A stretch of DNA of 63,331 bases, filler included, from Octopus bimaculoides (lineage: Eukaryota), in NCBI RefSeq assembly GCF_001194135.2. It is 4 parts of 4 records of this genome, joined end to end, with 100 filler letters (N's around TTAATTAATTAA, not from the genome) between each part and the next. Parts side by side here need not be neighbours in the genome. Positions count along the whole stretch, not along the records: positions 52,249 to 63,331 come from NC_068994.1; 3 more parts are not named here. The stretch is one strand, 5' to 3'. Position 1 is the first letter of the stretch. The number at the start of each line of letters is the position of its first letter. Made by a program: the position numbers and the translations under genes. Below the pieces are notes generated by a model that worked only from the letters and a program-made list of their open reading frames with translations, had not been told where the DNA came from and made no database searches. Below are positions 60,401 through 63,331 of the stretch, piece after piece.

Positions 60401-62355
60401 CGCATACACAAGACACTTTTCAGCATATATGACAGTTATCCTTGTGGAGGTTAATTCTCTTCGTACAGATGATATATAGACCAGTGAGAAGCCAAATCCA
60501 TGAGGATGAACGTTGTAGATATACGTGTTCCAGGGATTCCTGCCCAAAATGTCTTCAAGTCTCTTTAGATATAGCAGCCATTATCGAAACTAAGATTATC
60601 AGGCATCTCGTGTATGACACACACTCACATTCACACTTGTTACGGTTGTAAAATACCTGATTAAATCACTTATGATATTTAAGCACGTCCCTTCAGTTTC
60701 TAAATTCAAATACTATCGAAGTCGACTTTGCTTTTCATAATTTGGGATTCCGTAAAATAAATACCATTAAATAATAGGATCAATATTGATGCAATTAGTT
60801 TTGCCTTTCATCTTTGCGGGGTTCGAAAAAAGATACAAGTTCAAAGCAGTGGATTAGCAAAAATGTCAGTTCTGTTTTTTTTTTTTTTTTCTGAATTCAG
60901 ACCCCGTTCCGTCACCGAAAAACGGTGATATTTCTGCCATGAGTTGGGACCACAAAAGAGTATCAGCAGTTTATTGGAGGAAGGGCGGAAGTTATTCTTT
61001 GAGTAGAGATTTGCTTGGAAATGTAGAGGGTTCGTCTAGAGGTACCCCGAGGACCTTGTACTATTAAGTTAGGTAATTAATTTAGTCTGCCACCCAAGAT
61101 TAGAAAAGTCTCTCAGACAAGTTTCCCTGCAAAAGACTTTGATCATCACATGATTGTGGTAGACGACATTTTCCCACTCTGCTAAGACACCCAAGGAACA
61201 GATGGTTATGCTAAGCTGGGGTACTAATTTAGTCTATTACCTGCTACAAAATTAACCTCGACCGATAGATTTCCACACAGTTTCAGCCTACCAAATTTCA
61301 CGTGCAAGTCCTTGGTCGACCTGAAACTATGATAACTGGGTGTCTCACATTGGGAACGAACCCGAAGCCACGTAGTTGCAAAGGGACTTTTATTTATTAC
61401 ATATCTATATCTGTGATGAAGCCACATATAAGATGATCGATATATAATCTAGTCTTCCATTGCACCATAGCAGTCGATAGTAACAGGCTTGTCCTGTCAC
61501 TTCTACTTTTACGGTCACACAATAAAATCAACTGAAGTTATTGATAATAAAGCTCTTGTAATCCTGATTATTGATTATTGATTATGAATTGATAATAATG
61601 ATAAATTGATTAATTTATACTAAATAAAAGTGTTGAGCATTAGTAATCATATTGTAATCGTGTTTTGTTGCACAGTAGTTTTTTTGTATTCCCTTTGTTC
61701 CGGGTTTCTCTTTATGAAGAAATATTTTATATACTGTCCAGTCAACCGTAACACTTGCATCTATTTCTTATTGCGAACTTACATGTGCTATGGCGATACA
61801 GTAACCGTTCGAAATATTAAATCAATGGGAACAAAACATTTGACAGGCCAACTTTACTTGTAAAAAAAAGTCTTGGAATCAAGTTGTTACTCCCAAGAGC
61901 TGACAGTTTTAGGTCAGGAATATTTTCAGTAGACGGATTGCAAAAGTAAGTACATGAACTTTTACTTGACTTTAATTATCATTCCAATATGATCATTAGT
62001 AAATGCCTTGAAATTCGAGTAATACAAAATGGAGGGCAGTAAATTTTGAGGAGCGTACATAAACATATGTTAAAATTATATATATATATCCAAAGGCGGT
62101 GCTCCAGCATGGCTACAGTCAAATGACTGAAAAAAGTAAAAGAATAAAAGAATATATATATACATAAGGATAAGATCGTTATTTAAAATACCGATCTTAT
62201 CAGGTGGCCAGCATAGGGATAACAGCCTCAAAGGTAATAATTATTATTAAAATTATAATTAAGGATATCTAAGAGATACCACCATGCTTGATTCAAGTTT
62301 TGGCTTCTATTTCAAGCATGGTAGTATCTCTTAGATACCCTTAATTATAATTATA

Positions 62356-62411
<56 letters not shown>

Positions 62412-62473
62412 CACACACATACATACATATATATGCATATATATATATATATATGTATAAATACATATATATA

Positions 62474-63331
62474 TTGGGTCGTCCCATAAATAATGCGGTT
62501 TTTTATACTTCTATTTTTCAAAATTGAGATTAAATTCTTTTTTACTTTAAATATACTCTCCTTCATTTTCTATAATGCTCTTTCATGTATATGGTAGTCT
62601 TGCAAGGCCCCTGTTCCAAAATTCACTTGTCAGTGACAAAAAATACTCCCCCAGTACTGTTCTGACCTCGTCTACAAAATTCATATTTTTTCCGTTCAAA
62701 TGATTTTGAAGACAAAATAATAATCAGATGGGGCAACGTCTGATGAATATGGTAGGTGGGGCATCGTTTCCCATTCCAACTGCTCCAGCCCTTGGAATGT
62801 CATCCTCGCTGTATGTGACCGAGCATTATCCTGATAGAAAAACACTTTTTGTCTTGAAACCAAAGATGGTAATTTTTCTTCTAGCACTGACTTAAATGAC
62901 TGGTTTAATGACCGAATTCAAGCTTCTCTGCTAGCTCCTCAACCGTTACGATGGGATTTTGTTCCACTAGAGTTTGCAGGACGTCCTCGTCGAGCTTTAC
63001 AGATCTTCCAGGACGAAGTTCGTCTTCTATGTTGTAGTTTCCAGCTCCGAATTTTTGGAATCACCGTTGACACTGGCTTACGTTTATTATCCGATCCCTA
63101 GATCCTGCATTAATATTCCTCGCACTTTCCTTTGCGTTGTTGCTTTTATTCAATTTATTAAGCAAAATATGTCGAATATGTTCCTTGATCACTTCCATTA
63201 TAGCTTTGGAAAAATAACTGTTAGGATCAAACTGCGCTCATCAAAATTTGGACAAGGTAAACTTACTATCTACTTTTATAGAAAGTTGATGCAGGTAGTT
63301 TATCCCGCCTCACTCCGACTTTTAGTTCATG
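62474..63331 (-). mobile_element. Mariner (DD34D) transposon remnant, internally deleted
   Basis: TA followed by terminal TTGGGTCGTCCCATAAATAATGCGG; QDNARSHTA and PHLPYSSDVAPSDY motifs; the HTH N-terminus is joined directly to the C-terminal catalytic part. Confidence 0.88.

Overview
AT-rich, gap-ridden eukaryotic scaffold. The SINE families, microsatellite load and retroelement spectrum suggest a coleoid cephalopod, probably Octopus (inference). Most of the window is decayed transposable elements: several tRNA-headed SINE families, RLE-type LINEs (R4/Dong-like, HERO-like), Tx1/L1-like and CR1-like LINEs, Penelope-like elements of two types, and Merlin, hAT, mariner and Helitron remnants, nested heavily between about 33 and 51 kb. 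Two host-gene signals stand out. (1) A three-exon gene at 12685-15449 (+), absent from the ORF track as a whole, encodes a predicted 81-aa secreted precursor: signal peptide, acidic propeptide, KR site, His-rich helix and a C-X3-C-X11-C-X3-C motif. It has canonical splice sites and a polyA signal. This is a toxin/antimicrobial-like helix-loop-helix peptide candidate, and it is preceded by a phased TAGATTTA motif cluster. (2) A terminal exon at 53106-53467 (+) encodes the C-terminus of a single-pass membrane protein (CxCxC, SAPDxR, TM helix). Three hammerhead-ribozyme-like motifs are also visible: two minimal ones in Penelope-type context and one extended orphan at about 26.4 kb. All homology calls come from motif recognition by eye; no database search was run.
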